NCBI GenBank assembly: GCA_021108005.1
Contig: JAIORS010000154.1
Location: 7,643 to 71,642 of the forward strand
Source: Candidatus Aegiribacteria sp.
GTDB taxonomy: Bacteria; Fermentibacterota; Fermentibacteria; Fermentibacterales; JCC-6
DNA length: 64,000 nt
Direction: 5' to 3'
The position numbers and the translations under genes were made by a program. Below are positions 47,586 to 57,829 of the stretch, one piece after another; the first letter of the stretch is position 1, and every line of letters begins with the position of its first letter. The notes beneath the pieces were generated by a model. The model was not told where the DNA came from. It did no database searches and was given only the letters and a program-made list of their open reading frames with translations.

Positions 47586-48654
47586 TGACTGCTTCTTCAA
47601 GAAGAGATTCTACCCTGGAAAACAGACGTTCGGCGTTGAAGTGGCATACCGCCCTTTCCAACGCTCCGGAGGAGAGCCTGGAATGCATATGTGGATCCTC
47701 CATCTTCTTCACCGCCTCTGTCATGGCGATGGAATCACCCGGCGGAATAACCAGACCTGATACATTATCAGAATTTACCCAGGGAACTCCGGTTGGAAGA
47801 GCTGTACTTATTACAGGAATACCGCAAGCCATGGCTTCGGTCTGCACCATACCGAATGCTTCGCTTCGCAGTGTTGATGGCAGAATAAGACACCTGGCCT
47901 GCTGATAGAGTTCTACAAGCTTTCGATCGTCCGGGTTACTGACAATCTCTACATTCAGGCTGTTCTCACGGATTATTTTTCGGACATCGCACTCGAGGGG
48001 GCCTCCCCCCACCATAACAAGTTTTCTCCGTGGAAATTTCTTCCAGGCATCGAGCAGTACTCCGATACCCTTGTACTTCCGAAACCTTCCTACAAATAGA
48101 AAATAATCGCTTTTCGGGGAAGCATCGGAAGGTCTGAAGACATCAAGATCTGAACCGATAGGAACAACTTCAGTATTATCAAGGTCTGAGAGATAGAGGG
48201 AAGTATCAAGATAAACAGGAGAAGTAGCTATTACCTTGCTCGCGCCTTTGAGAAACCTTTTAAGAAGCGGGCCGTAGAAAGGAAGGAATAATGCCTGTCT
48301 GACTATATCGCTATGGTATGTTACGATGTAAGGTGTGTTTCTTCGGGCAAGGAGCCATGCAATTACAGCAGATGGAAGTGGAACATGGAAGTGCAGTATA
48401 TCGGCAGGAGTGTTTTGTAATATCCTTCGAAGTCCGGGGGATATAGGATTTGAAAGGATTCTGCATATACAGGGGTATTCAATGACATTGAATCCTGACA
48501 CCTCCTTTTCAGAACATCCCCTGGCATTGCCTGCCACAAGAACACTGACTTCATGCCCTCTGCCGACGAGATACCTGGAAAGGTCGTGCAGATACCTTTC
48601 AATTCCACCCCTCACGAATGGATGGATATCCTTGTAAACCTGAAGGATATTCAC
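47569..48654 (-). CDS. GT4 glycosyltransferase
   Basis: RGGIERY, FVGRFRKYKG, EAFGMVQTEAMACG. Confidence 0.92.
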   Translation of the reverse strand: MNILQVYKDIHPFVRGGIERYLHDLSRYLVGRGHEVSVLVAGNARGCSEKEVSGFNVIEYPCICRILSNPISPGLRRILQNTPADILHFHVPLPSAVIAWLLARRNTPYIVTYHSDIVRQALFLPFYGPLLKRFLKGASKVIATSPVYLDTSLYLSDLDNTEVVPIGSDLDVFRPSDASPKSDYFLFVGRFRKYKGIGVLLDAWKKFPRRKLVMVGGGPLECDVRKIIRENSLNVEIVSNPDDRKLVELYQQARCLILPSTLRSEAFGMVQTEAMACGIPVISTALPTGVPWVNSDNVSGLVIPPGDSIAMTEAVKKMEDPHMHSRLSSGALERAVCHFNAERLFSRVESLLEEAVNAEIN

Positions 48655-49739
48655 GTTCCAAACTCCTCATACACTGTCAAAACCTGTCTTGCCATTCGTT
48701 CCGTTGAGAAATCTGAAGCAAAATTCATCAATGTGTCAGCGTCATGATCGGTATCAAGAGAACCAAGGATGGATTCAGAAATGGAATCGGGATCAAAGCC
48801 TCCCGCGACGGTCGATATCTCCGAGTAGATCTCCCTGAGTGCGGAAGCGGGAGTAACAACAGATGGAACTCCCGCTGAAGCTGCTTCAAGCGGTGGCAGT
48901 CCAAAACCTTCGTACAAAGATGGGTAAACAAGCAGTTCAGCGCCTGAAATGCAGCTTTTCAACATACTTTCCGGGAGGGATCCAGTAAGAAGAACACCTT
49001 CCGTAGTGAGAAGCTTTTTCCTGAGGGATTCCGGTCCCCAGCCCCACCTCCCAGCGATAACAAGAAGCATATCAGGATGAATCCTTCTCACATTCGCCCA
49101 GGAATCAACAAGAGCTGAAATATTTTTTCTTGGTTCTATTGTCCCGGCAAACGCTATATATCTTCCCCGGACGGAGAATACGCTCCTGAATTCGGAAGGA
49201 TCAGCCAGAAAGGAATCTGTAGACAGGTAAACCTTTCTGATTCTACTCGCTTTTATACCCAGAAGCTCCTCCGCTTCACTTCCCGTTGACTCGCTGTCAA
49301 CCATAACCACATCAGCTTTTCCAGCGACTTCCCTGAAATGAAGGCGGTAATAGACTGATTTCAAGAATGGAAACCATGACGGATTCCTGCAGAATGCCAG
49401 GTCATGAAGGGTAACCGCGCAGGGAACATCATGAGGCGCTCTGCCGGAAAAGGCGGGAAGATGTACTATGGAAGGTGAAATTGTTGCGACTGCTGAAGGC
49501 AGTGTAATATTCTCGTAAAATACCTTCCTGATACCACCCGCAGAATGCTGATAGCAAAGAGCTTCCGAAGGAGAGATCAGCTTCCCGCCGACAGCGGCAA
49601 CAACGTTGGCTTTGGAACGAATGAATCCTTCAAGAAGTCTTTTAAGGTAAATACCTGTTCCGCCCCTGTTGGAGAGTGAATCAGCGTAAATAACTGCCGG
49701 TGCGGAGCGGTTCGAATATTCAGTACATTTATATTTCAA
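48651..49739 (-). CDS. GT4 glycosyltransferase
   Basis: TLHDL, GTIEPRKN, YPSLYEGFGLPPLEA; start uncertain (TTG). Confidence 0.9.
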   Translation of the reverse strand: MKYKCTEYSNRSAPAVIYADSLSNRGGTGIYLKRLLEGFIRSKANVVAAVGGKLISPSEALCYQHSAGGIRKVFYENITLPSAVATISPSIVHLPAFSGRAPHDVPCAVTLHDLAFCRNPSWFPFLKSVYYRLHFREVAGKADVVMVDSESTGSEAEELLGIKASRIRKVYLSTDSFLADPSEFRSVFSVRGRYIAFAGTIEPRKNISALVDSWANVRRIHPDMLLVIAGRWGWGPESLRKKLLTTEGVLLTGSLPESMLKSCISGAELLVYPSLYEGFGLPPLEAASAGVPSVVTPASALREIYSEISTVAGGFDPDSISESILGSLDTDHDADTLMNFASDFSTERMARQVLTVYEEFGT

Positions 49740-50709
49740 TTTTGCACGAGCTGCCGGCGTTGATCCTCACAGCACTGCCCGATATGTCCGCTTCGTTACC
49801 GATTATTGAATCGTGGAGATTCACATTGATGAGTTTTGTTCCACAACCTACAATTGTATTACGGATGATGGAATCTCTAACTTCCGAACCGGATGCAATG
49901 GAGACGTAAGGTCCAACAACAGAGGATTCGATTGTTACATCATCATCAATGCTTACGGGCGGAATTATCACGGTGTTTCTCAATTCTCCTTCCGATGAAC
50001 CCTTTTTCAGATCAAGGAGAATCCTGTTGGTTTCAAGAATGGTTTCCGGTTTACCGCAATCGTACCATCCATCAACCTCAAAACATCCAAATGGGTGCCC
50101 CTCCTCAAGCATAAGCTGCATGGCGTCAGTCAGCTGGAATTCCCCGCTGGTCTTTTTTCCGCTTTCTATCAGACGGGACGTGGCATCCATAAGTTCATAA
50201 CCTGAAATGAATCCGTAAATACCGACTATAGCCAGGTCGCTGATGAATTCCTGAGGTTTCTCCACAAGTTCCTTAACTCCGTTGTTATCTTGCACGACAA
50301 CACCGAATCTTCGTGGGTCCTTTACTCTCTTAACCGCTATCATGTTCGATTCACTATTGAGGGCCAGAGACAGGTCAGCGCTGAAAAGAGTATCTCCGAG
50401 AACCACAAGTGTCTGTCCGTCATTGGTCATTGGTGACGCAAGATTCACGGCTGCCGCGAGTCCATCCATCGTCTTCTGCATTGCGAAATCAACTTGAATT
50501 TCCGGATAGTTCTTCCTGGCCCAATCCACGATTTCATCTCCGAGGTATCCAACTACAAGTGTGATGTGATCTATTCCTGAAGCTGTAAGTTCATCTATGA
50601 TATGTCCCAGCATGGTTTTTCCAGCAAGGCGAATGAGAACTTTGGGCAACGACCATGTGAGGGGCCTCATTCTTGTGCCTTTTCCTGCCACCGGGATTAT
50701 GGCATGCAT
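49729..50709 (-). CDS. Sugar-1-phosphate nucleotidyltransferase (long RmlA-like)
   Basis: PVAGKGTRMRPLT...PK, GDTLF, EKP, EFQLTDA, WYDCG, left-handed beta-helix tail. Confidence 0.9.
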   Translation of the reverse strand: MHAIIPVAGKGTRMRPLTWSLPKVLIRLAGKTMLGHIIDELTASGIDHITLVVGYLGDEIVDWARKNYPEIQVDFAMQKTMDGLAAAVNLASPMTNDGQTLVVLGDTLFSADLSLALNSESNMIAVKRVKDPRRFGVVVQDNNGVKELVEKPQEFISDLAIVGIYGFISGYELMDATSRLIESGKKTSGEFQLTDAMQLMLEEGHPFGCFEVDGWYDCGKPETILETNRILLDLKKGSSEGELRNTVIIPPVSIDDDVTIESSVVGPYVSIASGSEVRDSIIRNTIVGCGTKLINVNLHDSIIGNEADISGSAVRINAGSSCKIEI

Positions 50710-52488
50710 TCATTCACCTCCATCGTTTCTTTCCCGATGTATCTCGTCCAGTATGATCTCGGGATATCTGGATTTAACGTAATCAAAAACGAGATCTCTT
50801 ATTTCATCTCCTGATTTCAAGGTCAAAGCTTTTTTTGCGATAGGCTCAACTTCACTCATGCGGATAACGCTTATCATTTCCTTGACGTCAGGGATGAGTG
50901 TAATAGGTACACTGAGTTCGTTCAGGCCGAATCCTACCAGAAGAGGAACTGATAACGGATCGTTGGCCATCTGTCCGCATAGGCCAACCCATTGTTTCAC
51001 TTCCCTGCATTTTCTGGCGACGATATCGATCTGCCTGACAACTGCGGGATGCAGTGAATCAAACAGCTTGGATACGTATGGGCTGCCTCTGTCAACCGCA
51101 AGAGTGTACTGAGTAAGATCGTTTGAGCCAATTGATACGAAATCGGTATGGGGAAGCAGAAGATCAATGCCAAGAACGGCTGCGGGAGTTTCAATCATGA
51201 TACCAAGCGGTGGAATGTCTCCTCTTGGAGTGCCTTCACGATCAAGTTCTCCGGCAATATCCGCAAGCATGGTTCTGACCTGAAGAATCTGATCGTATCC
51301 GGTAATCATCGGAAGCATTATCCTTCCGTTTCCGTACCTTGCCGCTCTAAGCAATGCTCTCAGCTGTCTGATGAATTTTTCCGGACGGTCAAGGCAGATT
51401 CTTATAGCCCTCCACCCTAGAAATGGATTTTTTTCCGTTGAGGGAATTGAATCCAGGAACTTGTCGCCCCCGAGATCCAGTGTCCTTATTATCACAGGAT
51501 CAGGATTAAGAGTCTCGAGTACATGCCTGTAGGCTCTATAGTGGAAATCTTCATCGTCTTCCATCTCCGGTGTGAGAAGCCTTATGAATTCCGTTCTGAA
51601 AAGACCTATGCCATACCCTCCGAAACGGCGAACCTGATCGGCTTCCTGGGAGAATTCAATATTCGCCGAAAGTTCCACTTCTCTGCCATCTTCGGTTGCG
51701 GCAGGGCTTTCGGCGTTCATCGCTATCTCCGCCTCGGCTATGTTGTACCGATTTTTTATTCTGGAATAGTACTCAAGTTCATCGTCGTTGGGATCCAGTA
51801 TTACATTGCCATGGATTCCATCGATAATTACAGTCTGTCCTGGAACCACATATTCCGCTACATCCTTAAGGGCAACAACGGCCGGAATCCCCATACTCCT
51901 GGCAAGTATCGCGGTATGTGAAGTTGAACCGCCAAGATCGGTAACTATTCCAAGAAGCTGTCTTCTTGACAGTCCCGCAGTTTGTGAAGGGTCGAGATCC
52001 CGCGATACAAGAACTACAGGATCAGTCAGATTTGACAGGGCTTCCTGCTCGGTACCCAGCAGATTTGCCATTATCCTTTTGCCTACGTCCCTTATATCGA
52101 CAGATCTGCTTTGAATGTACGGATCCTTTATCAGGTTGAAACGTTCAAGAACCTCATAGAGAGCCATGCTTAAGGCATACTCGGCACTCACCTGTTCGTT
52201 CCGTATCCGCTTTTCAACCTCTGAGATCATGGCCGGATCGTTCAGAAGTAGGATATGAACTTCGATGAGCTGTTTACCCTCAATAATATCGCTGACCTGA
52301 TCCGATATCTGCTCAAGTTCCACCCTCGTATGAGCAAGAGCTGCTTTGAATCGATCGAGTTCCGCTTCTACCTCTGCGTTGTTTTTCAGGCTTCTCTTCT
52401 TTACCCTTATCTCTTCGATGTTCAGCAGAAATGCCGGCCCTATAGATACACCGGGAGACGCAGGAGTACCTGTAAATCTAATGCTCAA
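50710..52488 (-). CDS. ptsI: PTS enzyme I (PEP-protein phosphotransferase)
   Basis: TSHTAILARS (phospho-His), GLFRTEF, RTLDLGGDK, NPFLGWRAIR, MIETP, GSNDLTQY, CGQMA; TTG start. Confidence 0.97.
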   Translation of the reverse strand: MSIRFTGTPASPGVSIGPAFLLNIEEIRVKKRSLKNNAEVEAELDRFKAALAHTRVELEQISDQVSDIIEGKQLIEVHILLLNDPAMISEVEKRIRNEQVSAEYALSMALYEVLERFNLIKDPYIQSRSVDIRDVGKRIMANLLGTEQEALSNLTDPVVLVSRDLDPSQTAGLSRRQLLGIVTDLGGSTSHTAILARSMGIPAVVALKDVAEYVVPGQTVIIDGIHGNVILDPNDDELEYYSRIKNRYNIAEAEIAMNAESPAATEDGREVELSANIEFSQEADQVRRFGGYGIGLFRTEFIRLLTPEMEDDEDFHYRAYRHVLETLNPDPVIIRTLDLGGDKFLDSIPSTEKNPFLGWRAIRICLDRPEKFIRQLRALLRAARYGNGRIMLPMITGYDQILQVRTMLADIAGELDREGTPRGDIPPLGIMIETPAAVLGIDLLLPHTDFVSIGSNDLTQYTLAVDRGSPYVSKLFDSLHPAVVRQIDIVARKCREVKQWVGLCGQMANDPLSVPLLVGFGLNELSVPITLIPDVKEMISVIRMSEVEPIAKKALTLKSGDEIRDLVFDYVKSRYPEIILDEIHRERNDGGE

Positions 52489-52493
52489 CTGTT

Positions 52494-52760
52494 CTATTCC
52501 TCTCCAAATCCGCCACGGATGATATCGACAATTGTTTTAACAGCCTCGTTTTCATCATCGCCTTCAGCTGTAACTTCGATTGTAGTCCCACGGCATGCCG
52601 CAAGCGTCATGACACCCATAATACTTTTTGCGTTAACCGTATCGCCATCAGCGGTCAGTGTGATATCGCAGTAAAATATTGAGGCAGCTTTAACTATCTT
52701 TGCAGCTGGCCGTGCATGGATCCCCAGTTTGTTTACTACTTCAGCATTTTCAGTTTTCAA
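52494..52760 (-). CDS. ptsH: Phosphocarrier protein HPr
   Basis: GIHARPAA (His15), NAKSIMGV (Ser46); TTG start. Confidence 0.97.
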   Translation of the reverse strand: MKTENAEVVNKLGIHARPAAKIVKAASIFYCDITLTADGDTVNAKSIMGVMTLAACRGTTIEVTAEGDDENEAVKTIVDIIRGGFGEE

Positions 52761-52776
52761 TAAAGTCCCCCAGCTT

Positions 52777-53748
52777 TTACTTTTTTCCCGATCTCAGCTC
52801 TTTTCTGATTATTCTATTGATCAGGTCTTTTTCAATCTCCTCAGGAACGTTTCTTCCCTTCTGAAGAAGAAGATAATTCATTACCGCGACTTCAAGAAGA
52901 AGTGTAAGGTTACGGCCAGGCAAGACAGGTATAATCGTTATGGGAATAGGCAGATCAAGTATAGTGCTGATCTTTTGAATAAGGCCTGTTCTATCGAAAT
53001 CCTGATTGTGCCTTGACCATTCCTCCAGTTTCACTTCAAGGTTTATCTGCTGTCTGTCCTTTACCGATCTTATTCCGTAGAATGCTGAGACATCCACAAG
53101 TCCAAGACCTCTGATCTCCATATGATGCGCCATTCTGGAATCTCCAATACCGAAGAGCGCATTTCCAATTCTTCTTACATGTACTCTGTCATCAGCGATC
53201 AGCCTGTGTCCTCTTTCAAGAAGACCCAGTACGGTCTCGCTTTTGCCTATTGCGCTTCTTCCCGTACATAATACTCCTGCGCCGAAAACTTCTACGAGGC
53301 TTCCATACACATCGGTTTTAGGTGCGAATACCATATCAAGGAAACCGCAGAGTTTTCGTATCAGCGGCGTCGTGTCCATACTGGAACGAAAAAGAGCTGA
53401 GGAACTTGATTTGGAAAAACGGACAAGTTCATCGGGAGGGTCGAGACCCTTAGTTACAATAGAACAGTAGACAGGCAATTCAAAAAGCAGTTCCAGCGAA
53501 GCCTCTCTGCGCTTGGAAGAAAGTGAATCGATGTAAGATATCTCCGTTTCACCGAAGATCTGCACCCTTTTGTGCAGGAAATTATGAAGGTATCCGGTCA
53601 GCGCCATTCCCGGCCGGCTGATATCCTGGGATTGTACAAGTCTATCATGCCCGGTATCTTCGTTAATTGTCTCCAGTTCAAGACTTTTACTTAGTAATCT
53701 GAAAAGCTCACCTGTCGTAAGCTCTTCCCTGCCGGGAATGTATTCCAT
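52777..53748 (-). CDS. hprK: HPr kinase/phosphorylase
   Basis: GRSAIGKSE Walker A, GHRLIADD, HMEIRGLG, PGRNL. Confidence 0.96.
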   Translation of the reverse strand: MEYIPGREELTTGELFRLLSKSLELETINEDTGHDRLVQSQDISRPGMALTGYLHNFLHKRVQIFGETEISYIDSLSSKRREASLELLFELPVYCSIVTKGLDPPDELVRFSKSSSSALFRSSMDTTPLIRKLCGFLDMVFAPKTDVYGSLVEVFGAGVLCTGRSAIGKSETVLGLLERGHRLIADDRVHVRRIGNALFGIGDSRMAHHMEIRGLGLVDVSAFYGIRSVKDRQQINLEVKLEEWSRHNQDFDRTGLIQKISTILDLPIPITIIPVLPGRNLTLLLEVAVMNYLLLQKGRNVPEEIEKDLINRIIRKELRSGKK

Positions 53749-53762
53749 CGGGATAATCTCCG

Positions 53763-54311
53763 TTATTTCTGGTCTCTCACCAGTTCAACAACCTGTGTCT
53801 TGCCGTCCGGGGTTGTATATACAACACTGAGCATGCCGGTTTCCGTGTTCTGGAAAACAAAATGCTCGTCCTGCTTAATTTCGTAATTCATAATGGCGTC
53901 TTTAGTGTTCTGCCTCGGCATTATTTCCGAATCGTCGATGAGAATTCCATCAGCGAACTCGGATTCCCCCGCGGGAACGTAATAAGTTAAAGAAATGTCG
54001 TCTGAACCGTTACTTTCCCGGTGGGGATGATTGTGCATTCTGTCTTTGAATTTCCGAACCTGTGTTTCAAGCGAGTCGAATGCATCATCAAATGCTGAAT
54101 AGATATCATGGGATTTTGATTTGGAATCCAGTTTTATATGATTTCCTCTAACCTGTATATGAACATGATTGGTTCCGGAGGTTACTTCGAGTATCACATG
54201 CACGTCATCTATTCCATTGTAGAATCTATCTACGGTTTTGAGTTTTTTCTCAACATGTTTTTTCAGAGCATCCGTTAATTGAAAGTGTCTTCCACTGATT
54301 TCAATATTCAT
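53763..54311 (-). CDS. hpf: Ribosome hibernation factor, long-HPF type
   Basis: N-terminal RaiA fold (GRHFQLTDALKKHVEKKL...DIYSAFD) plus C-terminal 'FVFQNTETGMLSVVY' S30AE_C-like domain. Confidence 0.9.
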   Translation of the reverse strand: MNIEISGRHFQLTDALKKHVEKKLKTVDRFYNGIDDVHVILEVTSGTNHVHIQVRGNHIKLDSKSKSHDIYSAFDDAFDSLETQVRKFKDRMHNHPHRESNGSDDISLTYYVPAGESEFADGILIDDSEIMPRQNTKDAIMNYEIKQDEHFVFQNTETGMLSVVYTTPDGKTQVVELVRDQK

Positions 54312-54508
54312 TCAGAACTCCCTTCGGTTAATTGTCTATTTCTCAATGGAAACGGTGAACATGGATAAAAAATACTGTTCCACATATGCGATTGAGCATA
54401 TCCTGAACAGTTAACGCTTACAAGTGTATTTATCACAGAACAATAATATTGTTCCTTTAGTGCGTGGTCAACACCATTAGAAAACCAATCCTTCCGCAGC
54501 TTTCTCTT

Positions 54509-55894
54509 TTATCGATTATTCCTGCCGATGAACTCCTCAACTTCAGGAATACCGCCCTGGAATATCAGATAGCCGTTATGTGGTTCTCTTTCTGTAATCT
54601 CACCCGCTATCGGTGTGAGCATTATCTTTTTAACCTCTTCCCTGTCATGGCTCTGACCAAGTGCCCAGCATAGTTTTACATATGCAACTTCCGGAAGCAT
54701 ATTGGAAGCTGGAATTACACCAAGATCCATGATATCCCGCCCGGTATCGTATACGAACATCTGTACGTATCCCCACAGGGTCTGAACTGTCATGTAAACG
54801 TGTACTCCCTGATCGCAGGCTTTCTTAAGAACAGGATAGAGAGGCTTGTTCACATGTCCAAGTCCCGTTCCCGCGATTATGATGCCATTGTAAGCGTTAT
54901 CAATAAGCGATTCAATTATATCCGGCTTCATATCAGGATAGTAATACACTATAGAAACACTTGAATCGTAATCCGTATTGATCTTCACATTACGGTCGGT
55001 GCGTCTTTTCCTGTAATCGCTCTTCAGGGGGGTTATTTGTCCCTTTTCAACCATAGCCAGAGGAATGTCTCCGATTGTTCGGAATGTGGACCTGTAGGAG
55101 GAATGCATCTTTCTGACCCTTGTTCCTCTGTGCAGAAGTCCATACTGATCACTTGTAGGGCCGAACATACAGACCATAACCTCAGCAATGTCGCTTTCAG
55201 CGGCTGCATAGGTAGCGTTCATCAGATTTAATGCCGCATCGCTTGAAGGGCGGTCACTGGATCGCTGGGATCCGACCATTACTATAGGAACAGGTGTATC
55301 CTGAACCATGAATGAGAGTACAGCAGCTGTATGATGCATCGTATCGGTTCCATGGCCGATGACTATTCCATCTACACCATCGGCTATTGCCCTGCCTATC
55401 GCTTCCGCCGTTCCTTTCCACTGTTCAGGTCCCATGTTCTCACTGAATACTCCGTAGAGTTTTTCTGTTTTTAGGTTGCAGATATCGGCCAGTTCGGGTA
55501 CCGATCCATAAAGCTCACCGGGGGAAAATGCGGGAATGACAGCGCCGGTTCTGTAATCAAGCCTTGAGGCAATGGTACCCCCGGTGCCGAAAAGCCTCAC
55601 ATTCGGTTTTAATGAATCGTAAGGGAATTCCTTTTCAGGTATCTTGTAATGTGCTTCGTTCCTTCCCAGCTCAGTGATGGATTCAATAGTTTCAACATCA
55701 AGGCCGACATTGTATCCGTTATGGATTTTTAACACTATATGCACATCGTCAGCGGTTTCCGACCGGGGAAGAATTACTCCCTTGAACCCCCCCCTGGTTG
55801 ATTCTATACTTACATCGGACCATACGCCGACACTGAATTTTTTCAGACATTCCAGGCTTTTACCCCGGTATCCTTTGTATAGATCGGAAGACAG
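54509..55894 (-). CDS. gatD: Glu-tRNA(Gln) amidotransferase subunit D (archaeal type), inferred CTG start
   Basis: GatD N-terminal domain (GVILPRSETADDVHIVLKIHNGYNVG) and asparaginase-like core TGGTIASR, HGTDTM, GSQRSSDRPSSDA, HRGTRVRKMHS. Confidence 0.93.
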   Translation of the reverse strand: MSSDLYKGYRGKSLECLKKFSVGVWSDVSIESTRGGFKGVILPRSETADDVHIVLKIHNGYNVGLDVETIESITELGRNEAHYKIPEKEFPYDSLKPNVRLFGTGGTIASRLDYRTGAVIPAFSPGELYGSVPELADICNLKTEKLYGVFSENMGPEQWKGTAEAIGRAIADGVDGIVIGHGTDTMHHTAAVLSFMVQDTPVPIVMVGSQRSSDRPSSDAALNLMNATYAAAESDIAEVMVCMFGPTSDQYGLLHRGTRVRKMHSSYRSTFRTIGDIPLAMVEKGQITPLKSDYRKRRTDRNVKINTDYDSSVSIVYYYPDMKPDIIESLIDNAYNGIIIAGTGLGHVNKPLYPVLKKACDQGVHVYMTVQTLWGYVQMFVYDTGRDIMDLGVIPASNMLPEVAYVKLCWALGQSHDREEVKKIMLTPIAGEITEREPHNGYLIFQGGIPEVEEFIGRNNR

Positions 55895-55900
55895 CTTGGA

Positions 55901-57829
55901 TCACCTCCTATGTATCTGCTGGGACGTAGAATCAGTAACCTCGTGAAGGATTACATTTCGCACTGCTTCCAGTACTTCCCTTCCGCCCGGAATCCCGTTA
56001 AATTTGTGCCTCACACCCCCGATGATGAATAGTTCCATCAGATCGGTATCGAACGGATCAAGTCCTTCCATCAGGTTGAGGGCAGCATTTTCCATTTCTT
56101 TTCTGCCTGGTATCGTTAAACCGCTTACCATCGATTCGATTCCCGCGTTTTCGTGTCCGCGGGATTTTTCCAGAATATAGGATGCCGCTTCAACGGGAAG
56201 ATCGCGGTTGCCGGTTGCAGATAGTACTTCTATAAGTGCTTCATCAGTGATATCACCTGAGCTGCCGTTTTTCTTCAGATGGTTCAACGTGCTAAGAAAA
56301 TAATGCATTAGAACGCGTGGAGAGTACGGGCATTTCTCCACAGCTTCATCGTACGCGAATCTCATGTGAGAGATACTCATTTGACGGGCAGATTCTGCAG
56401 GCACCCCTGCGGAAATGTATCTCTCCATCCGTTCCCAGGGTCTTTCGGGAAGATCAGATTCTATGCGTTCAATCATTTTCTCGGTTATTGCTATGGGAGG
56501 CAGGTCGGTATCTGGATACATCCTGTTAGGTCCGGGTAGAATTCTTTCGAATCCGTTTGTTCCGTCGGAATATGATTGTCTGGTTTCACTGCAGACGCCA
56601 TCGATGGCTTCCCTTGCTCTTGTTGCGATTTCACTCGTCGCCATATCGAGGTCTTCGGCAGATCCCCATACAACAACGACAGCATCAGCAGTCTCAGCAC
56701 CGGTTCTCTTTTTTATTGTCTGCCATTCGCCAACAGTGAAACTGTATCCTTCCTCTCCATCGTGTACGATATTGGGGAGGGTATCAAGACATGCAATCAC
56801 ACGGACTCTGTCGGAGATCTCCCCGGCGAAAGTGCAACCTGGCTGTGTAACCGTAGAAAGAAGCCCTTCGTATCCCCGCAGTAAAACAGCTCGAAGCTCA
56901 AATCCCTTCTCAATCGCGTCCGCGACCGGGCTGAAGGCAGTTCCGGAGAGTTCATCCGTGATATCAAAGCATTCCGAACTGAAAGTCGAATCTGTAATGC
57001 CCCTGCTGGAAAGTTCTTTCTTGATCTCCAGAAGAGACACCTGGCGGAATGCCTCAATGTGAACGAGCAGTGGTATCGCTGGAATCCTTGAAACGCCTTT
57101 TATCTCAACACGGCATCCACCCTTTACAGAAACGTTCACATCCTGCCTTGCGGCGCCAATTCCACGTCTTACTTTCCCGGAGGCTCTTACAAGATCGCTG
57201 AGTATCCGGGCAACCTCAGCCACATCGCGTGGAGTAGTCATTTCGGGAGCCGTTACAGTCTCAATAAGCGGTATTCCAAGCCTGTCCGTCAGGTATACGC
57301 GTTCATGGCCTTTATCGCTTACTTCCCGGCAGGCATCTTCTTCCAGTCCAAGCTGAATAATATTGATACGCCTGTCTTTAAATGGGATCCAACCGTCTAC
57401 TCCCAGTATTGTCGTTCTTTGAAATCCCGCGGGTATTGATCCATCGAGGTACTGCTTCCTCTGAATATGTATCTCACTAACGAGTTTGCAGTTAAGAAGC
57501 ATCGTTATTTCAAGCGCGATATCGAGAGCCTGAGGATTCAGTTCGAAGGGCGGGGTATCATCAATTTCGTAAGTACAAATGGTATCTTTGTTTATCCGGT
57601 ATGTAATGTTCTTTTTTGTTTTGAATTCCATAAGAGCTGTGCCGTCGTATTCACCTAGTTCTGAAAGAGTAGGCCTCATATGACGTATTATCTTTGCGTC
57701 GAATTCGTCAGAGTAAGGAAGCACCGGGCAGCGACAGAATAATTTTTTCCTGGTATCTATCTGCTGGTGTATCTCAAGTCCGCTGCGCAGCCCGATAGCT
57801 TCGTAATCGGAGGCTGTCGTCTCCTCCAT
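55901..57829 (-). CDS. gatE: Glu-tRNA(Gln) amidotransferase subunit E (archaeal type)
   Basis: GLEIHQQ, KLFCRCP, RPTLSELGEYD, RKQYLDGSIPAGFQRT, GLEEDACR, DRLGIPLIE, RRGIGAARQDVNVS, AspRS-like insertion, RILPGPNRMYPDTDLP. Confidence 0.95.
   Translation of the reverse strand: MEETTASDYEAIGLRSGLEIHQQIDTRKKLFCRCPVLPYSDEFDAKIIRHMRPTLSELGEYDGTALMEFKTKKNITYRINKDTICTYEIDDTPPFELNPQALDIALEITMLLNCKLVSEIHIQRKQYLDGSIPAGFQRTTILGVDGWIPFKDRRINIIQLGLEEDACREVSDKGHERVYLTDRLGIPLIETVTAPEMTTPRDVAEVARILSDLVRASGKVRRGIGAARQDVNVSVKGGCRVEIKGVSRIPAIPLLVHIEAFRQVSLLEIKKELSSRGITDSTFSSECFDITDELSGTAFSPVADAIEKGFELRAVLLRGYEGLLSTVTQPGCTFAGEISDRVRVIACLDTLPNIVHDGEEGYSFTVGEWQTIKKRTGAETADAVVVVWGSAEDLDMATSEIATRAREAIDGVCSETRQSYSDGTNGFERILPGPNRMYPDTDLPPIAITEKMIERIESDLPERPWERMERYISAGVPAESARQMSISHMRFAYDEAVEKCPYSPRVLMHYFLSTLNHLKKNGSSGDITDEALIEVLSATGNRDLPVEAASYILEKSRGHENAGIESMVSGLTIPGRKEMENAALNLMEGLDPFDTDLMELFIIGGVRHKFNGIPGGREVLEAVRNVILHEVTDSTSQQIHRR

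Noticed and set aside
55787-55794. G8 homopolymer in gatD as a phase-variation site
   Set aside because: It is in frame (AGG GGG GGG), short, and in a presumably essential gene; no evidence of slippage
55901-55903. TGA between gatE and gatD as selenocysteine or code reassignment
   Set aside because: Many genes here end in TGA, no SECIS-like hairpin is evident, and a strong SD plus CTG explains gatD initiation
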